64,000 bases of DNA from Clostridia bacterium (lineage in GTDB: Bacteria > Bacillota > SHA-98 > UBA4971). The position numbers and the translations under genes are program-made. Numbering within the stretch: position 1 is the first letter of the stretch; each line of letters starts with the position of its first letter. The stretch covers positions 1,858 through 65,857 of the forward strand of contig JBLNDA010000100.1 of the NCBI GenBank assembly GCA_050261175.1. Reading direction: 5' to 3'. The notes beneath the pieces were generated by a model. It searched no databases. It worked only from the letters and a program-made list of their open reading frames with translations, and had not been told where the DNA came from. Below are positions 18,675 to 27,450 of this stretch, piece after piece.

Positions 18675-19022
18675 TTACACCCCCGATGCCCGCGTCCAAG
18701 CCTCGTCCTCTGTGTCGCACACCGGGATGATGTTCACGAGGCCCGAGAGCTCAAAGACCTTGCGAACCTGCGGGGACGGCGACACCGCGATGACCCGTCC
18801 TCCGTGCGCACGAAGCCTCTTGTATCTGCCGAGGATGGCACCCAAGCCCGAACTGTCGATGAACGTGACGTCGCGCAACACCAGGAGTATGCTGGTGACT
18901 TCGGGCCTCGCGCCGAGCTCCTCCTCAACCTTGGCGCGGAAGTCGGGGGCGGTGCCCAGGTCGAGCTCTCCCGAAAGGTGCACCACAAGAACGTTCCCGA
19001 TGGCCCTGGTCTCGATCCTCAT
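18675..19022 (-). CDS. spoIIAA: anti-sigma F factor antagonist (STAS)
   Basis: VVHLSGELDLGTA...FIDSSGLGAILGRYK carries the phosphorylatable Ser context. Start moved to ATG 19020-19022 (115 aa), which has AGGAGG 8 nt upstream. Confidence 0.9.
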   Translation of the reverse strand: MRIETRAIGNVLVVHLSGELDLGTAPDFRAKVEEELGARPEVTSILLVLRDVTFIDSSGLGAILGRYKRLRAHGGRVIAVSPSPQVRKVFELSGLVNIIPVCDTEDEAWTRASGV

Positions 19023-19072
19023 CCGAAGCCCTCCTGCCGTGTCCTGCCATTTGGGCGTTCCTGACACTTTCT

Positions 19073-19097
19073 ATTCTACGGCCCTTCCGCGAGTCCT
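19073..19097 (-). promoter_or_regulatory. sigma-H-like promoter candidate for the spoIIA operon
   Basis: Minus strand reads AGGA-17 nt-GAAT (gAGGActc...cgtaGAATag), ~50 nt upstream of the spoIIAA ATG. Three 0A-box-like TTCGNNA elements lie just upstream (19100-19170). Confidence 0.3.
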
Positions 19098-19107
19098 CCC
19101 GAGGCCA

Positions 19108-19133
19108 TCGAAAATGCCCCGTCGCCGGGGCAT
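19108..19133 (-). terminator. rho-independent terminator after dacF
   Basis: Perfect 8-bp stem AUGCCCCG-GCGA-CGGGGCAU followed by UUUUCGAU on the minus strand. Confidence 0.6.
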
Positions 19134-19272
19134 CTCGAAACACCCTCTCTCACGAACACTTGCCATTGTCCGGTCAGAACCTCGGGTGACGACTCACCAG
19201 CCATCCCGGCCGGCGAGGAGAGACCGGTGACGCCTCGCCTCCCACGCCACGTGCTCGGGAGGCCCTTTCTCC

Positions 19273-20484
19273 TCACTCCTTGCCAACCCGGAAGAGGGTT
19301 CGCAAGAGGTTGCGGGTGGCACGGAGCACCACCCTGAACACGTTGCCCCTTTTCACCTCCTCCGCCGCCACCAGGTCCACGCGGGCGACCTCCGTTCCGT
19401 CTTCCAGCCGGGCGATGAGGTCCCCGATCTTCTGCCCCTTCTGCACCGGCGCGCTGACCCTGTCGGGAAGGACCATCTCGCTCCTCACCTTGCCCTCCTC
19501 GCCCCGGCGGACCACAGCCACGAGATGGTCCTTGGCGACGACGTCAACCTTCTCAGTGACACCGCGGGCCACGTCCAGCTGGGCCATCACCTGGCCTCGC
19601 GATGCGATCTCCACGCCAGCGTAGTGCCTGAAGCCGAAATCGAGGAGAGCGGAAGCTTCCTTGAAGCGGAGCTGGGAGTCGGCCACGTTCAACACGACGG
19701 CTATGAGCCTGAGGCCTCCCCTCTTCGCCGTGGCGGCGAGGCAGTAGCCCGCTTCCTCCGTGAAGCCGGTCTTGAGTCCGTCGGCTCCTTCGTAAGACTT
19801 GACGAGTCTGTTCGTATTGACGAGGATGTTCTTGCCGCCCCGCACATAGTCGATCCAAGTGGTGAACCACTCGTGCACCTTCGGGTACCGAAGGAGGGCA
19901 CGGGACATGATGGCGATGTCCCGGGCAGTGGTGTAGTGGTCCCGGTGAGGGAGACCGTGGCAGTTGGCGAAATGGGTCCCCGTCATCCCCAGCTCCCGGG
20001 CCCGCTGGTTCATCATGTCGATGAAGGCTTCTTCGCTCCCGGCAATGTGCTCGGCCACGGCGACGCTGGCATCGTTCGCCGAAACGACGGCGATGGCTTT
20101 CATGAGGTCTGAGAGAGGCATCTCCTCCCCCGCCTCGAGCCAGATCTGCGACCCTCCCATCTCCATGGCGTGCTCGCTCGTGGACACCATGTCGTCCAGG
20201 CTGGCTTTTCCTTGATCTATCGCCTCCATCGCCAGGAGCATCGTCATGATCTTCGTGATGCTCGCGGGAGCCATCCGCTTGTCAGGCTCCTTCTCGAACA
20301 GCACCCGGCCCGAGGTGGCTTCCATCAGAATCGCCGAGCCCGCTGTGATCGGCACGCTCGGGGCCGGACCAGGCTGCTTCTCTTGCGCCGCCACGCCGAC
20401 CGGGGCGCCGGCGTTCCACACGAATACTGCGGCAACCAGGAAGACAGCGAGAGCGACGCCCGCCGCTACCCTCCGCGCATTCAT
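19273..20484 (-). CDS. dacF: D-alanyl-D-alanine carboxypeptidase (S11, PBP5-type), sporulation-associated by synteny
   Basis: SxxK (ASITK), SxN (SAN) and KTG (LKTGFT) motifs, plus a signal peptide. Sits immediately upstream of spoIIAA, as dacF does in Bacillus. Confidence 0.85.
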   Translation of the reverse strand: MNARRVAAGVALAVFLVAAVFVWNAGAPVGVAAQEKQPGPAPSVPITAGSAILMEATSGRVLFEKEPDKRMAPASITKIMTMLLAMEAIDQGKASLDDMVSTSEHAMEMGGSQIWLEAGEEMPLSDLMKAIAVVSANDASVAVAEHIAGSEEAFIDMMNQRARELGMTGTHFANCHGLPHRDHYTTARDIAIMSRALLRYPKVHEWFTTWIDYVRGGKNILVNTNRLVKSYEGADGLKTGFTEEAGYCLAATAKRGGLRLIAVVLNVADSQLRFKEASALLDFGFRHYAGVEIASRGQVMAQLDVARGVTEKVDVVAKDHLVAVVRRGEEGKVRSEMVLPDRVSAPVQKGQKIGDLIARLEDGTEVARVDLVAAEEVKRGNVFRVVLRATRNLLRTLFRVGKE

Positions 20485-20597
20485 CTTCCATCCCCTCCCG
20501 CACCCTCAGAGACCGTCACAAACCTTCAGTCAGGTACATATTCGGGCGGACGCAGGCATATACCCGAATCCGCCCAGAGGGGACTACCTAGCGCTGG

Positions 20598-21920
20598 TTA
20601 GTGGAGGCGATGCTCACAGCCGATGACGTGTCTGATGAGGTGCGGCGGCGACTGGGGCGCCTCAGAGAGGATGTACGCGGAAGCCACGAGGTGCGAGGCT
20701 TCGTCGACGGCCGCCGGGTTGTTGGTGTGGAGAGTTGCAAGAGACTCGCCCGCCGACACCCAATCGCCGAGCTTCTTCCGCACAACGAGCCCAGCGGCAG
20801 GATCCACGGGTTCGTCCTTCACGCGGCGTCCTGCGCCCAGTATCATGGCGGCGATCCCTACCGCCTCAGCATTGATGGCCGCCACGTAGCCTGCCGCGGG
20901 GCTGGGTACATCCGCGGTGTGGTCTGCGCTCGGAAGTACATCGGGGCGCTCTACGACGCTCGCGTCCCCACCCTGCGCCGCCACGAACTCGGCGAACTTG
21001 GCGAGGGCCGCGCCATTCCTCAGCAGGCCCGCCAGGATCTCCCAGGCTCGGCCGGTGTCAGGGGCGGCCCCCCCGAGCACGAGCATCACCGAACCCAGAG
21101 TGAGGCAGAGCTCGACGAGATCGGGCGGGCCCGCGCCCCGCAGCGCCTCAATGGCTTCCCTCACCTCGAGCGCGTTCCCGACGGCGCAGCCCAGCGGCTC
21201 GCTCATGTCGCTGACAACGGCGGCCGACTTGCGTCCGGCGCCCTCCATGATGTCCACCATGAGATGCGCGAGAGCGAGCGCGTCTTCCTCGGATTTCATG
21301 AACGCCCCGCTGCCCGTCTTGACGTCGAACACGATGGCGTCCGAACCGCACGCTAGCTTCTTGCTGCACACGCTGCTCGCGATGAGAGGCATGCTGTCGA
21401 CGGTGGCGGTCACGTCGCGCAGGGCGTACAGCTTCTTGTCAGCGGGCGCTACCGCCGCGGTCTGCCCCACCACGGCCACTCCAACGGAATTCACGTTCCT
21501 CACGAACACTTCTTTGGGCAAGTCCACGCGAAACCCCGGAATCGACTCGAGTTTGTCGAGGGTGCCCCCGGTGTGACCCAGCCCGCGGCCGGACATCTTC
21601 GCCACAGGCACCCCGGCCGCGGCCACGAGCGGTGCCAGCACGAGGGTGGTCTTGTCCCCTACTCCGCCGGTGCTGTGCTTGTCCACCTTGGTGCCGCGGA
21701 TCTGGGTGAGGTCCACCGTCTCTCCTGTCCTCGCCATGGCGATGGTGAGGTCGCGCGTCTCTCGCGCGCTCATCCCCTGGAAGAACACGGCCATGCACCA
21801 TGCCGCCATTTGATAGTCGGGGACATCTCCCCGCGTGAACCCATCCACTAGAAAGGTGATCTCGTCCCGTGACAGCTCCTCGCCGCGTCTCTTCTTGAGG
21901 ATGACGTCGTATGCCCTCAT
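20598..21920 (-). CDS. pdp: pyrimidine-nucleoside (thymidine) phosphorylase
   Basis: 440 aa. [14 protein letters not shown] and [17 protein letters not shown] are diagnostic. Confidence 0.9.
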   Translation of the reverse strand: MRAYDVILKKRRGEELSRDEITFLVDGFTRGDVPDYQMAAWCMAVFFQGMSARETRDLTIAMARTGETVDLTQIRGTKVDKHSTGGVGDKTTLVLAPLVAAAGVPVAKMSGRGLGHTGGTLDKLESIPGFRVDLPKEVFVRNVNSVGVAVVGQTAAVAPADKKLYALRDVTATVDSMPLIASSVCSKKLACGSDAIVFDVKTGSGAFMKSEEDALALAHLMVDIMEGAGRKSAAVVSDMSEPLGCAVGNALEVREAIEALRGAGPPDLVELCLTLGSVMLVLGGAAPDTGRAWEILAGLLRNGAALAKFAEFVAAQGGDASVVERPDVLPSADHTADVPSPAAGYVAAINAEAVGIAAMILGAGRRVKDEPVDPAAGLVVRKKLGDWVSAGESLATLHTNNPAAVDEASHLVASAYILSEAPQSPPHLIRHVIGCEHRLH

Positions 21921-22933
21921 TTCGCTCCTTTACCCCCTGTCTCTGCACTAGCGACCGGAGAAGCGCCGGTCGCGCCTGCGCTCGAGGTCGGAGTCGGTGT
22001 CCGGGCCGGGGCGCCTCCGCGGGCGCCCGCCCGCTTCGCCCTCGGATGGGCGGCATCATATATCTCTTTCAGCTTGCCCCTGGCAAGGTGGGTGTAGATC
22101 TGAGTGGTCGCTATGTCCACGTGCCCCAGCATCTCCTGAACGGAGCGCAGGTCAGCGCCGTTCTCGAGGAGGTGAGTCGCGAAGCAGTGGCGCAACGTGT
22201 GAGGGGTCACGTGCTTCTGGATCCCCGCCCTGGCTGCGTAAGCCTTTATTATCTTCCAGAAACCCTGCCTGGTCATCCTCTTGCCGCGAGCGTTCACGAA
22301 CAGGGCGTTCTCGGCGCGGCTCCTTACCAGTTTCGGCCTGGCTGAGCGAAGGTATGCCTCCGCCCACCGCGACGCCACGCGGCCAACAGGGATGATCCTT
22401 TCCTTGGACCCTTTCCCCAGGCACCTCACGTAGCCCATTTCCACGTTGAGGTCGCCGATGTCGAGCGACACGAGTTCGGAAACGCGCATGCCGGTGGCGT
22501 ACAGCACCTCCAGCATCGCCCGGTCCCGCACCCCCGCGGGGGTTTGCGTGAGGGGCATCTCGAGAAGCCGCCCGACTTCCTCCGAGCCGAGCACCCCGGG
22601 CAAGCGCCTCTCCTGCTTCGGGGACCCCAGATTCACCGTGGGATCGTGCTGGATCTTTCCTTCTCGGTCCAAGAACCTGTAGAGGCCTCTGATGGCTGCG
22701 AGCTGCCTGCATATGCTGGACGTGGCCTTTCCCTGCCGCCTGAGGTGAGCGAGGTACGCCATGATGGTGTCCTGAGTGACGCCATCGAGCCCTCCACCCT
22801 CGAAATCCTCCACGAACTTCGCGAACTGGTTGAGGTCTCTGGCGTACGATTCCAGGCTGTTCTGCGCAAGCCCCCGCTCCACGCCCAGGTATGCGAGGAA
22901 CTCGTCCAAAAGGAACCCGTCCAACAGGACCAC
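21917..22933 (-). CDS. xerD: site-specific tyrosine recombinase XerD/RipX
   Basis: SLESYARDL..., [53 protein letters not shown] start proposed at 22931-22933, after GGAGG. Has an Ala/Gly/Pro-rich C-terminal tail of ~40 aa. Confidence 0.85.
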   Translation of the reverse strand: MVLLDGFLLDEFLAYLGVERGLAQNSLESYARDLNQFAKFVEDFEGGGLDGVTQDTIMAYLAHLRRQGKATSSICRQLAAIRGLYRFLDREGKIQHDPTVNLGSPKQERRLPGVLGSEEVGRLLEMPLTQTPAGVRDRAMLEVLYATGMRVSELVSLDIGDLNVEMGYVRCLGKGSKERIIPVGRVASRWAEAYLRSARPKLVRSRAENALFVNARGKRMTRQGFWKIIKAYAARAGIQKHVTPHTLRHCFATHLLENGADLRSVQEMLGHVDIATTQIYTHLARGKLKEIYDAAHPRAKRAGARGGAPARTPTPTSSAGATGASPVASAETGGKGAK

Positions 22934-23059
22934 GCCGCCCCGCCTCCGCCGCCGGACGAATCCAGACCTTCCATGTCGTCCCGCTGTTCCCAGTATAACA
23001 CGCTGGGAGAGCGCCCGCAATTTCCCTCGCCCCCGGCGGCGCCGCTGCGCTGAGGCCGC

Positions 23060-23707
23060 CTACAGCAGATACCTCGAAACCAGTCTGATGAACGCAGGGG
23101 CGACGAAAGTCTCCACGGCGCTTCCGACGACGAGGAGAGCCACGGCGCCGGTGCACACGACCGCCGTGAACAGCAGCTGTGGGTAGATGGGGACGCGCTT
23201 GTGGCTCAGCCTGTCCAGGGCCAGGGTCACCGCAAATGCGAGCGACGCCTCGCACCCGGCGATTATCGCGGGGATTATGAAGATGTTCTGTGGGAGCACC
23301 GACACCGCCGCAAGGACCAGACCCTTCGCTGCCATCTCGTCAACGAGGAATCCAACGGTGAAGCCTATGACGAAACCTCTCAGGAAGAGGAGAACCAGGA
23401 CGCCTGGGGCGCCGACGACCGAGAGCCCCAGCACCAGCGCGAGGAGGATGGTCTTGAGGTTGTTGTACAGCGCCTGCCTCGGGGCGGCGTTTTCGCCCAC
23501 CCGGTTCTGGCCGGGCCCCCCGAAACCTCTGAAGAACACCATGAGGTCCTCGGCGAGCTCTGCTTTCTGGCTTCCGGGAAGCGCCTTCACCGAGAGCGAG
23601 CCGAAGATGACGCCCATCAGAAACATGAACATGACCAGGACAAGGACGGGTAGATGCCGCCTCAGGGAGACGCCGGAAGGGACCAGGGACCGTGAATCGT
23701 CCAGCAT
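23060..23707 (-). CDS. spoIIM: stage II sporulation protein M
   Basis: 215 aa polytopic protein. FLRGFVIGFTVGFLV and VLPQNIFIIPAIIA are typical SpoIIM segments. Adjacent to xerD, as in Bacillus. Confidence 0.8.
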   Translation of the reverse strand: MLDDSRSLVPSGVSLRRHLPVLVLVMFMFLMGVIFGSLSVKALPGSQKAELAEDLMVFFRGFGGPGQNRVGENAAPRQALYNNLKTILLALVLGLSVVGAPGVLVLLFLRGFVIGFTVGFLVDEMAAKGLVLAAVSVLPQNIFIIPAIIAGCEASLAFAVTLALDRLSHKRVPIYPQLLFTAVVCTGAVALLVVGSAVETFVAPAFIRLVSRYLL

Positions 23708-23820
23708 CGCACGATCCTCCTTCGGACCACCTCCTTAGATGTGTATGTCCACCCTCGTCGCGATATTCCCGGTGCGCGGACCCGCTTCCCTCTCCGGCTC
23801 CACGCCGTGGGAGCTCGTGC

Positions 23821-25029
23821 TCAATCGCTGTCCGCGCTGTCCGCCAGGGCCTTTCCATAGCGCCCGCCTCCACCCGCGAGGAGGGGCAGGGTGCCTTCGC
23901 GCGCCCGGATGACGAGGTGCGCGGCTCTCTCCCCGACCACCGCAGCCAGGGCCTCCTCGCTCGCATCGTGGAGGATGGCCATCTCGCTGCCGAATTCTCC
24001 GATGAGCCTGTCAATGGACTTCGGACCTATGCCAGGCACGAACTCTAGTGGCACCTGATACTGATAAGGAGGCCTGTGTGCTGGATGCCTCGGCTCACGG
24101 TGATCCTGAATCTGGACGATCCGGTCGAGCACGCCCACCACCACGGGCGAGCCGGGGCAAAACGGACACGACAGAGCGGGCGGCTCCACGTCGCGCAAGG
24201 TCCTGTCGCAGGCAGGGCAGTACGTGCGGTGGTACTTGCCGAGCCTCGGGTCGAGGCCGAAGTTTCGCCGGACGAGCCTGCCGTCCTGGCGGGCGAGCGC
24301 CTTCATGACCTCGTCGAAGCTGGGAGCGGCAAGGAGCATCTCGTTGTATTCCCTGCCTATCTTGGGCAACGAATGGCAGTCGGAATTGGACAGGAACGTG
24401 AGGTTCGCGAGCTCGTCGATGGTGTCTGCGAGGTCCGTGTCGGCCGACAGGCCGAGCTCGATGGCGGGGATGCGGCCAAGGGCTTCCGGCGGGAAAGCCT
24501 CAGAGAGGCGCCGGACGCAGTTGCCGTAGATGCTCTTGTGGGGCGAGAACGCGTGGGCCGGGAACGGCACCCCTCCTTCTTCGCGCGCCATCTCGCACAG
24601 GCCCCGGGCCGGCATGCCGCACCTCGGGGTGCTCATGTTGATGTTCGCCACGCATTTCGCGAGGCGAGTCGAGAACCGCCTCGCCCGGGCGAGATCCTTT
24701 AAGAACACCAAGTGATGACTGCTCCCGCCGTCCTCCTCCCTCGTCTCGACCTCGCTTGCCAGGAGCACCGTCACCCTGCCGCGGTAGCCCACGCCGCCGC
24801 CTGGAATCTCGGCCATTTCGCCGGAATCGAGGAGCGTTTCGATGTCCTCGATTACCCTGGGGGACGCTGCGTCGGCTATGCCAACCACGTCGATCCCCTT
24901 CCGGTAGAAGCATTCTTTCGCTATGTTCCCGAAGGTGAGGTTCCTGGCGGCTGACACCTTGACAGGCCGCCCGCGGCTGTCTCGCCCGATGTGCACGTGA
25001 AGGTCGACGAAGAACCGCTTCAGCTCCAC
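23821..25029 (-). CDS. PHP-domain protein of the endonuclease Q / TIGR00375 type
   Basis: N-terminal FVDLHVHIGR, then AHAFSPHKS, ELGLSADTD, SNSDCHSLPKIGREYN and Cys pairs (CPAC...CPFC) resemble EndoQ-family proteins. The family call is from memory. Confidence 0.55.
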   Translation of the reverse strand: MELKRFFVDLHVHIGRDSRGRPVKVSAARNLTFGNIAKECFYRKGIDVVGIADAASPRVIEDIETLLDSGEMAEIPGGGVGYRGRVTVLLASEVETREEDGGSSHHLVFLKDLARARRFSTRLAKCVANINMSTPRCGMPARGLCEMAREEGGVPFPAHAFSPHKSIYGNCVRRLSEAFPPEALGRIPAIELGLSADTDLADTIDELANLTFLSNSDCHSLPKIGREYNEMLLAAPSFDEVMKALARQDGRLVRRNFGLDPRLGKYHRTYCPACDRTLRDVEPPALSCPFCPGSPVVVGVLDRIVQIQDHREPRHPAHRPPYQYQVPLEFVPGIGPKSIDRLIGEFGSEMAILHDASEEALAAVVGERAAHLVIRAREGTLPLLAGGGGRYGKALADSADSD

Positions 25030-25608
25030 CTAGATTAGCCCCCTCGACATCGCCACGAAGAGCCCGAGGATGGTCTTGCCATCGCGGATCTCTCCCCTTG
25101 CCATCATCTCGTCCAGCTCTGCGCGGCGCACCCGCCTCGTCTCGATGAGCTCGTCCTCCTCCGGCGTGTCCTGTCCGGCGGCAAGGTCCTGCGCGAAGAA
25201 AAGGTACAGCACCTCGTCGCAGAACCCGGGGGACGTATAAAATGGCACGACCTCCTCGAGGTGCCCCGCCCGGTAGCCGGTCTCCTCCTCGAGCTCGCGC
25301 GCGGCACACTCGCGCGGACTCTCCCCCGGGTCGAGCTTTCCGGCGGGGATCTCCCAGAGGGCTGAGCGAACGGGGTACCGGTACTGACGGACGAGGATCA
25401 CCGAACCGTCCCGGTCAACCGCCACAACCGCGACTCCGCCTGGATGCTCCACCACCTCGCGCCGCGAACGTCTTCCCGACGGAAGCTCGATGTCGTCAAC
25501 GCGCAAGGTGAGGACGGTCCCCCGGTACACCACTGCTGAACCCACCTGTCTCTCCTTAAACCGCGACTCGTCCAACGCGAATCCCTCCAATTCGTGGGCC
25601 GGTGGCAT
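25030..25608 (-). CDS. nudF: NUDIX hydrolase (ADP-ribose pyrophosphatase type)
   Basis: Nudix box GKLDPGESPRECAARELEEETGY. Start moved to ATG 25606-25608; the upstream part of the track ORF is low-complexity. Confidence 0.8.
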   Translation of the reverse strand: MPPAHELEGFALDESRFKERQVGSAVVYRGTVLTLRVDDIELPSGRRSRREVVEHPGGVAVVAVDRDGSVILVRQYRYPVRSALWEIPAGKLDPGESPRECAARELEEETGYRAGHLEEVVPFYTSPGFCDEVLYLFFAQDLAAGQDTPEEDELIETRRVRRAELDEMMARGEIRDGKTILGLFVAMSRGLI

Positions 25609-26008
25609 CAAACGGCCCCAGAATGCGTATCCTGTTATCGAGCTCGAGACGCATGTCCCCGATTCCACTGCGGCACGCGCCTCCTCGCGGCGACGGCCGG
25701 GCCCCGGTTCCAAACCGCCCGCCGGGAGGAGGGGCCGCGAGGGCCGCAAGGTCGGTCCGGAGCCGCGGAAGACGGCTGACCCGCAGGTCCATAGGGAAGG
25801 CGCAAGCATTACCGGGCTCACACGACCCGCGCAAGGGGGTACGTTCACGCATGACTATAGTCGTGCACAGGCAAGCCATCTGGATCGCAGGGAAGCCCCG
25901 GGAGATCCTCGAGGCTCTCGCCATCCTCTGCAAGGGCCACGTCACCCTGGCCGAGCTGCTCTCGTCCCCCCGGGACCCCTAAGTGAGGGTGCGTTAGTCC
26001 TTGCCCCA

Positions 26009-26153
26009 CTGCCAGTAGTTGCCGGGTTGCCGGTGTTGCACCCGGGGACGGCGCCCCAAGCGGGGCGCGCTTCGCCAAAATCCGGCCCGTCAGGCCGGTG
26101 GCCGGATTTTGACACCCCTCGTGCAATCACCGGCAACCCCTGCCAATAGTCGG
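26009..26153. repeat. ~145-bp nested imperfect palindrome with a perfect inner hairpin
   Basis: The outer arm GGTTGCCGGTGTTGCAC (26025-26041) is complementary to GTGCAATCACCGGCAACC (26121-26138). The inner perfect 11-bp inverted repeat is AAAATCCGGCC (26077-26087) and GGCCGGATTTT (26100-26110). A small hairpin GCGCCCC-AAGC-GGGGCGC sits at 26052-26069. A direct repeat CTGCCA(G/A)TAGT occurs at 26009 and 26140. Confidence 0.6.
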
Positions 26154-26536
26154 AAGCATTTCTGCACCCCACTTAGAATGTGCGACGGTGGCAAGTCGCG
26201 GATGGTGCGCCTCGCGACGATGCGCGGCCTAATCCTGCGAGTGGCTACCATGCCGTCGTCGCTCACCTTCAGCTCCATTTTCCCCGCGACGGTCTCGTCT
26301 GCACCGCGCACTTCCACCGAGTCGGCGATCGTGACCAGAGCAGGATCGTCGGAGCGGCGCCCGTTGACATACAACTCCACGCCCGGGCCGGGTTTGAGCA
26401 CAGGATACGGACCGCCTGGCTCGTGCCTTACGTATACCTGGCCCTCCGTCACCCAGGCCACGGGCCCTGCTGCCTCACCGCCATCATTTGCTGAAGCGAT
26501 CGCAGAGGGATCCGACATCGATGACACCATCTTCAT
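26090..26536 (-). CDS. DUF342/FapA-family N-terminal domain only (truncated relative to the ~450-550 aa family)
   Basis: GQVYVRHEPGGPYPVLKPGPGVELYVNGRR...ELKVSDDGMVATRRI follows the FapA N-domain pattern. The ORF stops inside the loop of the 26077-26110 hairpin. The ATGA overlap with the STAS gene suggests translational coupling. Confidence 0.5.
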   Translation of the reverse strand: MKMVSSMSDPSAIASANDGGEAAGPVAWVTEGQVYVRHEPGGPYPVLKPGPGVELYVNGRRSDDPALVTIADSVEVRGADETVAGKMELKVSDDGMVATRRIRPRIVARRTIRDLPPSHILSGVQKCFRLLAGVAGDCTRGVKIRPPA

Positions 26537-26868
26537 TCGGCCCAGCTCTCAGGGAAGAGGTCCTCCAGAATGTGCAGAAAACCGACCAGCGCCATGCTTT
26601 CGCGGATCTCGACGGGGATGTTGCTTACACTCGGCACTTGCCCCCGCGATGCCAGCTTTCTCGCGACATTGAGCAACATGCCCATCCTGGAGGAGTCCAT
26701 GAAAGCGAGACCCGAGAGATCAACTTCCACCGTCCCCGCAACCTGAGTCTCTATCTCTTCCTGCAAGTCATCGACGTTACTGAAGTCGAGCTCGCCCGAG
26801 ACCCGCAGGATCGTCCTGCTGTCAACTTGCTCTCTCTGAACCTCCAAGCCTGGCACCTCCATCTTCAC
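26533..26868 (-). CDS. STAS-domain anti-sigma-factor antagonist
   Basis: 111 aa. ILRVSGELDFSNVDDLQEEI...LSGLAFMDSSRMGMLLNVARKL has the conserved Ser context. Confidence 0.8.
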   Translation of the reverse strand: MKMEVPGLEVQREQVDSRTILRVSGELDFSNVDDLQEEIETQVAGTVEVDLSGLAFMDSSRMGMLLNVARKLASRGQVPSVSNIPVEIRESMALVGFLHILEDLFPESWAE

Positions 26869-27097
26869 TCCTTGACCCTAATCTTGAGAACCGCCAGGGT
26901 CATGTCATCCCACTGGTCACGGCCGTCGGTAAGTGAGGATAACCGGCTCAGTATGGCGTCCCGGATCTCCGTTGCCCGCAGGGCAGCGGATTCCTCCACC
27001 GCGTGCTGCAGCCGCTCCTTTCCGAACTTCTCTCCGGGAGGGTTCCGAGCCTCCACAAGACCATCGGTGTAAGGTCGTCACCGACAAGGTTGTTCAG
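26865..27097 (-). pseudogene. C-terminal remnant of a PP2C (SpoIIE/RsbU-type) serine phosphatase, 5'-truncated and frameshifted
   Basis: In frame upstream of the track ORF I read *RPYTDGLVEARNPPGEKFGKERL...WDDMTLAVLKI, the PP2C C-terminal signature, preceded by a TGA stop. A second frame gives LNNLVGDDL (the GD of the GDxLLLYTDG block), implying a one-base frame change. No PP2C-like sequence is found beyond ~27110. Confidence 0.7.
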
Positions 27098-27098
27098 G

Positions 27099-27190
27099 GT
27101 ACGTTCCTCTCATACGAGGAGGAACTATCACCCGCCTTTTGTACGCGGCCCGGGCCTCTGTACGCTCCTCTCATACGAGCGAAGAGGAAC
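27099..27190. repeat. two direct copies of a hairpin-forming ~27-31 nt unit
   Basis: GTACGTTCCTCTCATACGAGGAGGAAC (27099-27125) and GTACGCTCCTCTCATACGAGCGAAGAGGAAC (27160-27190). Each folds as GTTCCTC/GAGGAAC-type stems. The palindrome GGCCCGGGCC lies between them. Confidence 0.6.
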
Positions 27191-27335
27191 TCGCGAAGGC
27201 CGAGGCCGAAAAGCCATAGATTACGGTACTCGGCACGGGGGTCGATGTCGGTGAGGCTTAGACCGGTTACAATATGCCGTCGCTCATATGGTTCTTGGCA
27301 GGAGAATATCAGAGAGTGGCGTATGATCACATATG

Positions 27336-27348
27336 TGAAACCGGTTCA
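27336..27348. promoter_or_regulatory. candidate LacI-family operator TGAAACCGGTTCA upstream of GH116
   Basis: A near-palindrome with a central CCGG, ~100 nt upstream of the GH116 start and 10 nt after a TATGAT hexamer. Related TGAACCGG cores occur at 29625 and 29709. Confidence 0.35.
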
Positions 27349-27450
27349 AGCCATCTTCAGGTGGTACCTGTGCCTGAGGCCCATCCACGAGACCCAAGAT
27401 CTACCTTAAGGGAATCGGCGGCTGCTGCCGTCCAGGGAGGTTGATGCTGC

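Noticed and set aside
25851-25982. 43-aa plus-strand ORF (MTIVVHRQAIWIAGKPREILEALAILCKGHVTLAELLSSPRDP) with a winged-helix-like flavour, divergent from nudF.
   Set aside because: It is too short and has no diagnostic motif. It lies in a region with many spurious ORFs. It could be a regulator fragment, but the evidence is insufficient.
27400-27430. Possible att-type direct repeat of the tRNA-Arg 3' end at the far island border. GGAATCG is shared between 27413-27419 and the tRNA T-arm region.
   Set aside because: Only 7 nt match, which is easily chance. No integrase, excisionase or transposase gene is present anywhere in the island.
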